Part shown: positions 24,801 to 36,190 of the stretch, piece by piece
How positions within the stretch are numbered: position 1 is the first letter of the stretch
How the letters are laid out: each line of letters begins with the position of its first letter
Source of the DNA: Ranitomeya imitator
Lineage: Eukaryota
Length of the DNA: 64,000 nt
NCBI RefSeq assembly: GCF_032444005.1
Contig: NC_091283.1
Location: forward strand, 373,674,001-373,738,000
Direction of reading: 5' to 3'
Translations under genes and position numbers: made by a program
The notes under the pieces: generated by a model
What the model saw: only the letters and a program-made list of their open reading frames with translations
Databases searched by the model: none
Told to the model about the DNA's origin: nothing

Positions 24801-27800
24801 TTTGTGTTTCCTGTCCCCCATTAGGGCCAGGAGACATCCTCCAGTACCGCTGTCGTGGAAGGTTCCTAGAAACCGAATTAACGGTAAGAATAATTCTATT
24901 TTTAAACTTTGGATGATTATCCCTTTAATCTAGATAGTCATACCACAGCAAAATATTAATAAATAACATTTCCCACATGTCTGCTTTACATCAGCATCAT
25001 TTGTAAAATGTTATTTTATTTTGTTAGCATTTTAGGAGGTTTAAAAATGTAGCAGTAATTTTTCATTTTTTCAATAAAATTTACAAAATTTATTTTTTTA
25101 GAACTTATCCATATTTGAAGTTCCTTTAGGGGTTCCATATATTGGGAAACCCCCAAAAGTTATACCATTTTAAAAACAGCACCTCCTGACATAATGAAAA
25201 CTGCTGTCAGGTAGTTTATTAACCCTTCAGGTGCTTTTCAGGAATTAATGCAAAGTGGTATGACAGAAATGAAAAAGTGTATTTTTACCACGTAAATGCC
25301 GCTAACTTCTAAACAGATTACTACAGCCGACAGACTCTAAGGTCACTAGTTGGTCATGAATTGCCATGGCAAATATCAGGACCACAAACTCGTGGAAAGA
25401 AGAAGCCCCCACACTCTGTTAACCATTTATAATGATGTAGTCACTATTGACAGCAGCATCTAAGGGGTTAAACAGATTTGGACGGTGCAAACACTGATCG
25501 TGGCTGATGCAGAAAGTTGTCAGCTATAGCGTATAGCCGACAGCTGCTGGATTGTCACCTGTATAGGGAGGCTATTCTCTTATATCTCAGGTCAGTTAAA
25601 AGACGTATTGGCTGTCATTAAGGGGTTAAAACCCTCTGCACAGGGTTGTAATTATAGTAGAAAGCGAAATTCCAGCAAAATGATCCTTTACACCAGGCCT
25701 GCGCAACATATGGCCCCCCAAAGGGTTTATTGTGTCCCACAGGAACTGAGAAACATCGCTCACTTCTTCCTATATTAAAATGCATTTGCATCTTTCAAAT
25801 ACGAATACTTTTGCAACACTTGGGTGTTGAGTCTGAAGCAGTGTCCCGGCTTAATGAGGTCAGCTACTGCAAACATCATCACACTGCTTCTGGCGCCGCA
25901 GAGGCAAAGGACACGGAAGGCACCAGTAAGCACACCATGGAGGAGCTGCAGATGCTACCATTTTATATGAAAGGGCAGAGGAGGGGAGGATTGACGTTAC
26001 TGCGAGGGCACATTTTGTGGAAATTATGGAGGCTTGTGAAAGGGTGCACAGTATAGCGAGGAGCAGTGGGATGGGGCACACTTGATGGCAGTGTTAGAAA
26101 GGGGCAGTTTGGAGCGCTATTTTGGAGATGGACAGTGTAAAAGGACATTATGGGGTAGAGCAATGTTGGAGGAATATTATACTGAGGGGCTGTGTGGGAG
26201 GATATTTTGGAGAGGGGCAATGTGGGTAAGGATAATATACAGTGAGCAGTGTAGGGGGTATATTATAAAGCAGGGCAATGTGGGGAGACATTATAGAGAG
26301 GGGCAGTGTGGGAGGGATATTTTGTGCAGGAAGCACAGTGAAAGATATTTATTCTGGGGCACAGCATGTAAGATACTTTTATTTTTAAGGGCACCTTGTC
26401 TGGAAGTGCTGAAGACAGGCAAATTTTGGGCATGATCTCATCTTGGCGTCAATACTACATGGAGACAAAAGGGATAGGAACGACTTCAAATCAGAGAAGA
26501 TGTCGCCTATAAGATACCTGGATGTAAAAACATTTTGTGATGTTGACTACGCCTCATCAGTACTGGCGTTCCTGTAAGTCAGATGATGGCTTGGTAACAA
26601 CCGAATGATGACTGTGACAACAACTCCCAGTATCTCCTTATCAGCTAAGGACACACTTGGAGTTGTAAGTTCAAGAGATTTCTAATTGTATATGGGGATG
26701 ACCTGACATTGCAATAGATTGCTGTACTAAGCTGGGTGATGTATACATGTACTGACGGTGGTTCTGGAATTGCATTCCTGTATTGATGCTGATTCTGTTG
26801 TTGCATTCATCTACAGTGGTTCTGGCACTGCATTCATGTACTGACAGCGCTCCTGGTGCAGCATTCATGTACTGACGGTGGTTCTGATGCTGCATTCATC
26901 TACTTACAGTGGTTCTTCTACTGCATTAATGTACTGATAGTTGTTCTGGCGCAGCATTCATATAGTGAAGATAGATCTGGCGCTGAAATCCTATACCGAC
27001 GGTGGTTCTGATGCGGCATTCATGTACTGATGGTGGTTCTGGTGCTCCAAAAACTCAGTTTTCACTTGGATTTATTTGGGAGCAGAAACTCTCCAAATCC
27101 TCAAAACTTGATTCTGGTGTTCAGTTAATGTACAGATGATGGTTCTAGTGATGTATTCATGTAAGTACCCCTATAAAAAAATTTGTGGCCTTTGGGATTG
27201 ATTCAGTATGGCAATGTGGCCCTTGAACGAAAAAATGTTGTTCACAGTTCCTTTAGACACATACACTTTGCAGACACAAGGCAATGATTGAAAACTGTAT
27301 GAAACATGTATGTTTTTCTTCTATGGTGGTGGAAAGCTTTTTTTCTACATGGATTTTAATTTATAAAAAACACAACATGAAGAGCAGACTCACCAAAACC
27401 TTGTCAGATGACAAATGCACTCACAGGGTGCAGCAGGCCCCTGATAATAAATGCTACAGCAGCACAGGTGCAAGTTACTGATGACAGCAACCACCCACTC
27501 GCCCAAACATTAGAGGGGTTGGCTGCCTAGTAGCAAAAATGCACACAGGTAAGGCTTGCATAAGACACTATTCACACAGATAAATGTGATGCACAGTGTC
27601 TGAACAACCTATGGATCTCGCCCATAGTATTAGCAGGCGGGCCGTCCAGCACTATATATATACATGCAACACACAAGGAACAACATAAAGGGGCCCTGTT
27701 GCACCCTGCAAAAAGATGATAAAAAGTGCAAAAAAGATGAAAAATTAAATAATGCATATAATACATTAGATGAGGAATTACCGTATATACTCGAGTATAA

Positions 27801-30800
27801 GCCGAGATTTTCAGCCCAAATTTTTGGGCTGAAAGTGCCCCTCTCGGCTTATACTCGAGTCACGGTCGGCGGCAGGGTCGGCGGGTGAGGGGGAGAGGGC
27901 GCTGAGGCATACTTACCTGCTTCCGGGGCTCCTGGCGCTGTCCCTGCAGACCCACGGTCTCCGGGTGCCGCAGCTCTTCCCCTGTTCAGCGGTCACGTGG
28001 GGCCGCTCATTAAAGTAATGAATATGGACTCCACTCCCATAGGGATGGAGCCGCATATTCATTTCTCTAATGAGAGGCAACGGTGACCGGTAAAAGAGGA
28101 AGAGGCTGCGGCACCGAAGACCAGCTGTCCGGGGGAAGGAGCGGGACGCCGGGAGCAGGTAAGTATTACATATTCACCTGTCCACGTTCCACACGCCGGG
28201 CGCCGCTCTGTCTTCGCGTCCTCTTGCAGTGACTGTTCAGGTCAGAGGGCGTGATGACGTATAGTGTGCGCGCCACCCTCTGCCTGATCAGTCAGTGCAG
28301 AGAGACGCCGAGACGGGACGCTGAGGAGCTGCAAGCAAGAGAGGTGAGTATGGCATTTTTTTTTATTGCAGCAGCAGCAGCAATGGCACAGCTTTCTATG
28401 GTACATCTATGGGGCAATAATGAACGGTGCAGAGCACTATATGGCACAGCTATGGGGCAATAATGAACGGTGCAGAACACTATATGGCACAGCTATGGGG
28501 CAATAATGAACGGTGCAGAGCACTATATGGCACAGCTATGGGGCAATAATGAACGGTGCAGAGCACTATATGGCACAGCTATGGGGCAATAATGAACGGT
28601 GCAGAGCACTATATGGCACAGCTATGGGGCAATAATGAACGGTGCAGAACACTGTATGGCACAGCTATGGGGCAATAATGAACGGTGCAGAGCACTATAT
28701 GGCACAGCTATGGGGCAATAATGAACGGTGCAGAGCACTATATGGCACAGCTATGGGGCAATAATGAACGGTGCAGAGCACTATATGGCACAGCTATGGG
28801 GCAATAATGAACGGTGCAGAGCACTATATGGCACAGCTATGGGGCAATAATGAACGGTGCAGAACACTATATGGCACAGCTATGGGGCAATAATGAACGG
28901 TGCAGAGCACGATATGGCACAGCTATGGGGCAATAATGAACGGTGCAGAGCACTATATGGCACAGCTATGGGGCAATAATGAACGGTGCAGAGCACTATA
29001 TGGCACAGCTATGGGGCCATAATGAACGGTATGGAGCATCTATTTTTATTTTTGAAATTCACCGGTAGCTGCTGCATTTTCCACCCTAGGCTTATACTCG
29101 AGTCAATAAGTTTTCCCAGTTTTTTGTGGCAAAATTAGGGGGGTCGGCCTATACTCGGGTCGGCTTATACTCGAGTATATACGGTAGTTACAATTTTGGC
29201 CAAAATGCATAAGATCGCAACCCAATGTCAAGGGTCCTCATAAACTTGCGAGTCCTACTCTAATATCAAAAACAACTAACACAGAAAAATTCAAAAAAAT
29301 ACAACATGAAGAGCAAATTCACCAAAACTTGTCAGATGACAAATGCACTCGCAGGGTGCAGCAGGCCCCTGATAATAAACTACTACTAGGCAGCCAACCC
29401 CTCTAATGTTTGCTCTCATCAGTGGCTTGCACCTGTGCTGCTTTAGCATTTATTATCAGGGGCCTGCTGCACTCTGTGAGTGCATTTGTCATCTGACAAG
29501 GTTTTGGTGAGTTTGCTCTTCATGTTGTGTTTTTTTTAATTTTTCTATGTTAGTTGTTTTCGGATTTTTTTCTGTCCAGCCGCTTCACTGATGCCTCCAT
29601 CTTGTGCCAGTCATTACACTGGCTACCCATTCGCTACAGGGTCCAGTATAAACTCATCTCTCTCACCCACAAAGCTCTCCACAGTTCTGCACCGCCTTAT
29701 ATCTCCTCTCTCATCTCCGTATATCGCCCTACACATGCCCTCCATTCTACAAATGACCTAAGACTAACATCCCCCATAATCCGAACCTCACACCTCCGTC
29801 TCCGACTTCTCTCGTGCTGCGCCAGCTATCTGGAATGCACTTCCCCAGACGATCAGACTAATACTTAGCCCCGACCTATTCAAGCGTGCTTTAAAAACCC
29901 ATCTCTTAAAAACAAGCCTACCACATCAACTACTCAGTAAACTAACTTTGTCCTGTTCCCTCCTTCCAAATATTATCTGCATGTGAAGCTGCACCCTACT
30001 ACTCATCTGTCTCCACACCCTCCATGCACATGATAACTGCACTTGATACTTGACTATTGCACTTAAACACACGGGCTGATGACCGGATCATGCAGCTTTA
30101 TATGAAAATCCATATTTATTATAATTGCCAGACCTGAAATAACAAGCACTTTTCACCTATTGTGTTCCCCCATTTCCTTGTAGATTGTAAGCTTGCGAGC
30201 AGGGACCTCACCCCTAATGTCACTGTTTGAATTGTCTTAACTTGTATTGAATTTATTGTCTTTACATGTCCCCGCTTAATTGTAAAGTGCTGCATAATAT
30301 GTTGCCGCTATATAAATAAAAATTATTATTATTATTATACCAATAAAAGTGTTTTTTAAAGAATCCTTTTGCTGGAATTTCACATTCTTCTGGATTTTGC
30401 AGTACTTCAAGTCTCCATGCAATTGGTATCCTTATCCTGTAGGTGAGATGACTTCCCTTTCTGTTGTAACTATAGTAGGTGCAGGGGATGCAATTGCACC
30501 CAGACCCTGGAGACTAGGGGGACCCTAAAGGTCCCTTTGGCCTATATGGACTATCACTATTAAAGTCCATGATAGTTGGGGACCCTGTTGAAGATTTTGC
30601 ATTGAGGCCCATGAGCTGCAAGTTACACCACTATATTCGTGTCCTATACATTTGTCACTAAATCAAAATCAGACATGTTTATGTAAATATAGCCTCAATG
30701 GTTACTACTCACCAATGTAGTTATCTGTAGGAATCTCCTCTTTACACTGCTCATCACCTCTCACATATGTCTCTGTAGTATTAATATGGGTCAGATCTTT

Positions 30801-31785
30801 ACCCTGAAACAAATATTGTACAAGTTACAAACAGATGAAGTAGTCAAATCTATGATCAGCTCTAATCCTGCCATCTCCACCGTTCTCATTACACAAGTAT
30901 AAAACATATAATACTGGTGGATAAAACAGGACTGAACACAAGACCTTCACAGCCATCTACACAGCCATCTACACAACATAGGGGAGATCTCATGACACCT
31001 TCTCTCCATCTATCTGATGTTCCTGAGAAACAATAGGATTTTCTTCTGAACAGTTCTGTGGAAGAAGAAGATGGGGACATCTCTCTGGTGTTGTCTTCTT
31101 ACTTAATATAACTGTAAGAAACACATACAGGGACTGAATTTATTCTTTCCATACAGATAATTATAGGTCGTGTGTATTTAGTCCTGTCTATTACCTGGTG
31201 ATGTGAGGGGCTGGGGAACCTCCATCATGACGTCCTTGTACAGATCTTTGTGTCCTTCTAAATACTCCCACTCCTCCATGGAGAAATAGATGGCGACATC
31301 CTGACACCTTATAGGAACCTGACACATACAATGATACCATCATCACCCCGATCTCTTCATAGCGTTACTGTATAATTTCCCAGCATTCCAAACAGTGTCA
31401 CCTCTGCAGTCAGCAGCTCAATCATCTTGTAGGTGAGTTCTAGGATGTTCTGGTCATCGATGTCCTCATGTATCGGAAGGTGAGGTGGAGGTCCCATGAT
31501 TGGGCTCAGGGGTCTTCCCCATCCCTCAGACACAGGGGCCTGACAGCGCTCACTAGAGATTTTCTTCACTAATGTGTAATTCTGGTTATGGAGACACATT
31601 AATAAAAATCACTACAGACATTTCCAGAGTCCTCACCTCTACAGTTCTGTCAATCTTCTATTCAAATAGATCAGAATGGCATAAATTGACGTCATGCAAT
31701 CTCTCACCTCTCCAGTAAGCCGGAAGAGGATTTCTAGGGTGAGATGTAACATCTTTTCCACCATCTTGTCCCTGTCCCTATCCAT
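17698..31785 (-). CDS. ZNF-A: KRAB-like/C2H2 zinc-finger gene, ~583-588 aa, amphibian oocyte/gastrula (XlCOF/XlCGF-like) type
   Basis: Exons 31785-31708, 31581-31402, 31318-31195, 31111-31014 (or -30999), 30803-30713, 18878-17698; phases 0,0,1,0,1 give a continuous frame; all junctions GT-AG except the exon-4 donor (AT). Confidence 0.85.
20197..21604 (+). pseudogene. DIRS gag-like ORF1, with a probable intron 20254-20332 and several frameshifts
   Basis: accATGG start; after splicing, CxxC..LCxxC motif, then [19 protein letters not shown]-type gag segments. Confidence 0.8.
21601..23562 (+). pseudogene. DIRS reverse transcriptase / RNase H / methyltransferase-like ORF2
   Basis: [37 protein letters not shown]; TLTSDAS..GWGA and ELKA (RNase H); EVDLFAN..YAFPP; stop at 22579-81 and L2-tail insertion at 23283-23336. 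Confidence 0.93.
23283..23336 (+). mobile_element. 54-bp L2-type 3' tail insertion
   Basis: gcgctgcggaatatgttggcgctatataaataaaattattatt; 9-bp TSD ATTGCTGTC at 23274-82 and 23337-45; matches tails at 30280-30337 and 62610-62666. Confidence 0.85.
23403..24571 (+). pseudogene. DIRS tyrosine recombinase (ORF3 C-terminal part), with one frameshift near 23985
   Basis: [21 protein letters not shown]: R-H-R-Y catalytic residues present. Confidence 0.93.
26730..27140. repeat. Degenerate ~30-bp tandem repeat (tgtactgacggtggttctggcactgcattca)
   Basis: Visible decayed periodicity. Confidence 0.7.
27365..29545. mobile_element. Non-coding repeat with direct plus inverted unit copies (Penelope-like pLTR architecture), split by a pogo-like MITE
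   Basis: 27365-27450 repeated directly at ~29295-29378; 27365-27535 repeated inverted at ~29385-29545. Confidence 0.5.
27781..29184. mobile_element. Tc1/mariner (pogo-like) MITE carrying a 43-bp tandem array of ~15 copies (28385-29035)
   Basis: TA TSD; perfect TIR ccgtatatactcgagtataagccga; unit ggcacagctatggggcaataatgaacggtgcagagcactatat. Confidence 0.92.
29575..30337 (+). mobile_element. L2 LINE 3' fragment
   Basis: [15 protein letters not shown]-terminal motif; tagattgtaagc... 3' UTR and (ATT)n tail. Confidence 0.88.
31195..31318 (-). CDS. ZNF-A KRAB-A-like exon
   Basis: [33 protein letters not shown] resembles the KRAB-A consensus (F.DVAV.FS.EEW..L...Q..LY.DVM.E). Confidence 0.88.
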
Positions 31786-32689
31786 CTTTGACGGGTCAAT
31801 CATGAAAATTCTCTTATATAGAAGATCTCCACTGAGATGATCCGATATTGAAGGTGCCTGAATGGGAGGAATGTGAGCTGTGACAACATCATAAAGATCC
31901 TATTTTACAACAACAACAATAGGGGAAACATATGAGGTGATAGAACATGTAGATGTGGTATATCATGTGACACTACAGATACGGAAGTGAATGGTTGCAG
32001 AATACCATTTTAACTCTTAATATTTAGACCTTGTGTTTTGGCTAATTAAATCTAACTGTTGTTATTTGTTCATTATTTGTTCATAGTTTGTTGTCTTTAA
32101 AATAAAACTTTGCTTTTACTCTTCTAAACACTGAAATTTTAACAACAAGATGGAATACTCTTGAAATTATAGAAATCACTGGATGAATAGACATATTAAT
32201 GATATTCAAATAATGTAAAAATAGGAACAAAATTTTCACAACATCTGAATTTAATTAGTATCGAGTATGAGCACCACAAGTAGAAATCCCCAGACTGTTT
32301 TACCACACTGAATGTACTTGGGAAAATTATGAAGATCCACTGCTGGCAGTTCCCTTTGCAATTGCCGACCAATGATGTCCCAGGCATGGTTGATGGAAAA
32401 CAAGTCCAGAGACACTGTAAGCCATTCTAGCACTTTTAAGCCATGCAGGCTGCTTATAATAGCATGAGCAACATGGTGAAGTTGAGTTGGAAAGTGCCTC
32501 CTGGGACACTTTGTAAAAATGGCTACACCATTCGTTCCACGAACTAATCATTTTATCGCTGAGCTGTTATTGTAGTTTTAATCAAAAGCCATCATAATTG
32601 TTGTGACTTTATTATCATTGGCTTCAATTAAATAGTTAACTGGAACATAAAGTTTTGATAACTTCTTGATGTACACAACTGATAGAGAC

Positions 32690-32962
32690 ATACCCCAAGC
32701 GACTTGCAGCTGTAATCGCAGCAAAAGGTGGTGCAACAAAGTATTAAGTTAAAGGGGCCAAATAATATTGCACGCCCTACTTTTCAGTTTTTGAATTTCC
32801 ACAAAAATTTAAAATAAGCAATACGTTTTGTTCAACTTCACAATTGTGTTCCACTTGTTGATTCTTCACCAAAAATTTACATTGGTATCTTTATGTTTGA
32901 AGCATGATATGTGGGAAAAGGTTGAAAAGTTCAAGGGAGCCAAATACTTTCGCATGGCACTG
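32690..32962 (+). mobile_element. Tc1 3' fragment with right TIR (further Tc1 debris at 32200-32560)
   Basis: YPKRLAAVIAAKGGATKY; ends ...tactttcgcatggcactgTA; same family as 57644-59259. Confidence 0.8.
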
Positions 32963-33069
32963 TATGTGTCTGTACCGACTAAAACTTGTGTAGAAAAGCA
33001 GCAGGACATAAGAAACCATCATCATCATATTATGAGATATTAGACTTTCAATTCAAACAACACAAATAA

Positions 33070-34175
33070 GGATTATCTCAACGTAGTCTATTAGAAGGCA
33101 GTCCTCTTTTATCCGCCCTTTCCCCTGGACTTCCCCGATCTCTTCTCATCTTCTGATTCCAGACCAATGGTGGTGTTGGTGCAAACAGTAAAGGAGCATT
33201 CCAGTCCTCAATCTTCATGACCTGCAATCCCATAGCTTCAAAAAAAGCTGGAAGGCTTTCTAAGGAGCATAGCATTGCTGAAATTCCTTCCCTGCAAGCT
33301 GTTAAAGCAAAGGAGAAACCCCAGAGATCTTTCAAAATGGACAACAAGGTTTGAGGAGCTTTCTTTTCTGTAGGGTAAAAAGGGACAGATCCAGAAACAG
33401 CTGGACCACAGTGCCTGAATATGAAATCTCTTTCTGCAGCCTAGCCTTTGCCATGATCCTTTCCTTAGTGTCATAGTCATGAAGACAGCAGATGATATCT
33501 GGTGGATATGGGGGTCGACCCCTTAGGTTGCAGGGCACGGTGAGCTCTGTCAAATTTAACTGGCGTTGATGGAGGATCTCCCAATACAGCATTAAAGATC
33601 TCCTGGAGAATTGATTTGGGATTATCTTGCTTATTAGATTCCGGAATGCCCTCACCCGGATATTGCATCCCCTCCCCCAATTATCCAGATCTTCCAGTTG
33701 CCCTCGTAGTTCTCTGACAGTCTTTTGTTGTCAAGTGGATAACCGATGCAATTCAGCAACATGGGATCTGGTGGTATCATGTTGCCCCTCCTGAGAGTCT
33801 ATGCGGCCAGCGAGATGCTGTAAGTCCTGTCTCACATAGGCAATCTCAAACCTACAGGTCTCATTGGCCTCTGCAATTAAGAATTTAAAATCACCCTTGG
33901 AAGGAAATTGTGCAAGAAGTCTTTTCCAGGTTGATAAAGGAGGAGCACTCATTTGACCCTCTCCTTCCTCAGAGGACTCCCCTGTGTAATCACTCCAGAC
34001 CAGAAATCTTAGGGGGATCTTTCAGGGAAGCCATGCCTTCTCCATCCCTTTCAGATCTAATTTTTTTCAGAGAGGTCTTTGTAACCTTGAGGGGCAGAGG
34101 AGACCCTTCCTGATACTGCAGAAGGGGGAGAGGCACCCATCCACATCATCTTGTAGTGAGACGCCATCTTGTGAA
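33070..34175 (-). pseudogene. L1 5' region plus ORF1p remnant, frameshifted, with no ORF2
   Basis: Coiled-coil piece; GIPES..KSILQEIFNAVLG..KFDRAHRAL; DIICCLHDYDTKERIMAKAR..QLFLDLS..TLQKRKLLKP. Confidence 0.8.
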
Positions 34176-34757
34176 GCTCTTAGCCCATGAGAGACCTGCT
34201 CCCTCTGCTCATCTTGAGCCTGCTGCTGCTGAGTATATCCGTCATGGATATACTAGCTGGGAGAGCTCCAGAGATCCTCTCCTCCTGTTCCTCTCAGTGC
34301 GGCATCTCCCTCACACTTTGCGGTCTCCTCGTCCTCGCGGCAATATGGCACCCAGACTGCCACACTTGCCAGCTCGCGCATGAGAAAAGCATCGGGAGAC
34401 GTCGCGGGGGGGAATTGGTTGGCATGCAATGCTCGCGCTTGTGCCAGAGTCTTCATCCTCCTGGGACCCATCGGTGCAGCATGAAAAGAGTCGGTACAGA
34501 TACTCTATAGCTGTTATAGCCAGACCTGGCAGGAGATCTTCCAACTCACGTCCAATCAGCCCATCACAGAATAAGTGAAGAAATGAAATCTGCGCTCTGA
34601 TCGGTTACTATGGGAAATGAAAAAGTATTCTTTTAATGTGATGAGGTGACAATTTTATTACATGGAAATTTCCCTCATGGTATAAAACCCACAATCCTCC
34701 TATAATAATGTGATGAGTTCTTATATTCTCCATATTCTGCCCCACAGTCTCCTCCTC

Positions 34758-35280
34758 CAGGATCAGTGTCCTCAGCACAGGACCGACGCCACAGACATTT
34801 CATGGGAAATCCCTTTATTCTAAACTATTACACCCGAAATTAGGGAAATTACAGTTTCTCCATTTCTCCAGATTTCTATGGGGAGAAAAACGCGACATTT
34901 CCATTCCCTGTAATCTCCACCACCTGTCCCCAAACCAGAGCGCCCTCCCCTGTATACATGAGCACAGCCAGCGTTCTATTACTGTACATATACACATGGC
35001 AGAGCTGGGGGCACTATCTCCGGGAATGGAGGGGTTACTGCCCCCTGCCCCCGCCCAGTAATGGGGAATCTCCAGCACCTACCTCCACCTGCAGAGCCGC
35101 ACACCACATATATGGCTGTTCTGTGCGCACAGGACCTGTGATGAGGTCACAGGAGGGGAGGAGTCAGGGGTCACATGATCAGGGGCCTCAGTGTATGCAG
35201 GACTCTGCTGTGCTGGTTGTCATGGTGCTGGATGAGGGGAAGTTTATGTGTGGGGTCAGGAGGGGTTTACAGGGTGGGAG
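34758..35280 (-). promoter_or_regulatory. ZNF-A promoter / non-coding exon 1 cassette
   Basis: Repeated upstream of each ZNF gene; donor GAG|GTAGGT at 35083/35082; GC-rich with TGCGCA and GTCACATGA motifs. Promoter role is inferred. Confidence 0.7.
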
Positions 35281-36190
35281 GAGCAGAGCCGTGTGTGTAC
35301 GAGGTGTGCGGAGCAGAGCCGTGTGTGTACGAGGTGTACGGAGCGGAGCCACGTGTGTACGAGGTGTACGGAGCAGAGCCGTGTGTGTACGAGGTGTACG
35401 GAGCAGAGCTGTGTGTGTACGAGGTGTACGGAGCAGAGCCGTGTGTGTACGAGGTGTACGGAGCAGAGCCGTGTGTGTACGAGGTGTACGGAGTGGAGCC
35501 GTGTGTGTACGAGGTGTGCGGAGCAGAGCCGTGTGTGTACGAGGTGTACGGAGCGGAGCCGTGTGTGTACGAGGTGTACGGAGCGGAGCCGTGTGTGTAC
35601 GAGGTGTACGGAGCAGAGCCGTGTGTGTACGAGGTGTACGGAGAGGAGCCGTGTGTGTACGAGGTGTGCGGAGCAGAGCCGTGTGTGTACGAGGTGTACG
35701 GAGCAGAGCCGTGTGTGTACGAGGTGTACGGAGTGGAGCCGTGTGTGTACGAGGTGTGCGGAGCAGAGCCGTGTGTGTACGAGGTGTACGGAGAGGAGCC
35801 GTGTGTGTACGAGGTGTATGGCGCAGAGCCGCGTGTGTACGAGGTGTACGGAGCAGAGCCGTGTGTACGAGGTGTACGGAGCGGAGCCGCGTGTGTACGA
35901 GGTGTACGGAGCGGAGCCGTGTGTACGAGGTGTACGGAGCGGAGCCGTGTGTGTACGATGTGTAAGAAGTGGAGCCGTGTGTGTACGAGGTGTATGGCGC
36001 AGAGCCGCGTGTGTACGAGGTGTACGGAGCAGAGCCGTGTGTGTACGAGGTGTACGGAGCAGAGCCGTGTGTGTACGAGGTGTACGGAGCAGAGCCGTGT
36101 GTATGAGGTGTACGTAGCGGAGCCGTGTGTGTAGGAGGTGTACGGAGCAGAGCCATGTGTGTGACATGTACGGAGAGGAGCCGTGTGTAT
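35281..36190. repeat. 30-bp CpG-rich minisatellite, copy 2 (~30 units, most homogeneous)
   Basis: Exact 30-bp register over most of the array. Confidence 0.97.

Larger units (their letters stand above)
19578..24903 (+). mobile_element. DIRS1-type tyrosine-recombinase retrotransposon, near complete
   Basis: Inverted LTRs (~19578-19705, ~24760-24903); ICR ~24592-24677 complementary to the outer ends of both LTRs; T-run junctions with no TSD; gag, RT/RNase H and YR ORFs. Confidence 0.97.
19368..25625. mobile_element. piggyBac-type MITE (~930 bp net) hosting the DIRS element
   Basis: TTAA TSD (19364-67, 25626-29); CCCCTT termini. Confidence 0.75.

Noticed and set aside
28385-29035. Regular repeat resembling a CRISPR array
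   Set aside because: 43-bp units are directly tandem with no unique spacers, there are no cas genes, the context is eukaryotic, and the array lies inside a MITE.
33070-34175. Domesticated L1TD1-like gene
   Set aside because: Multiple frameshifts and no splice signals linking it to the ZNF exons.
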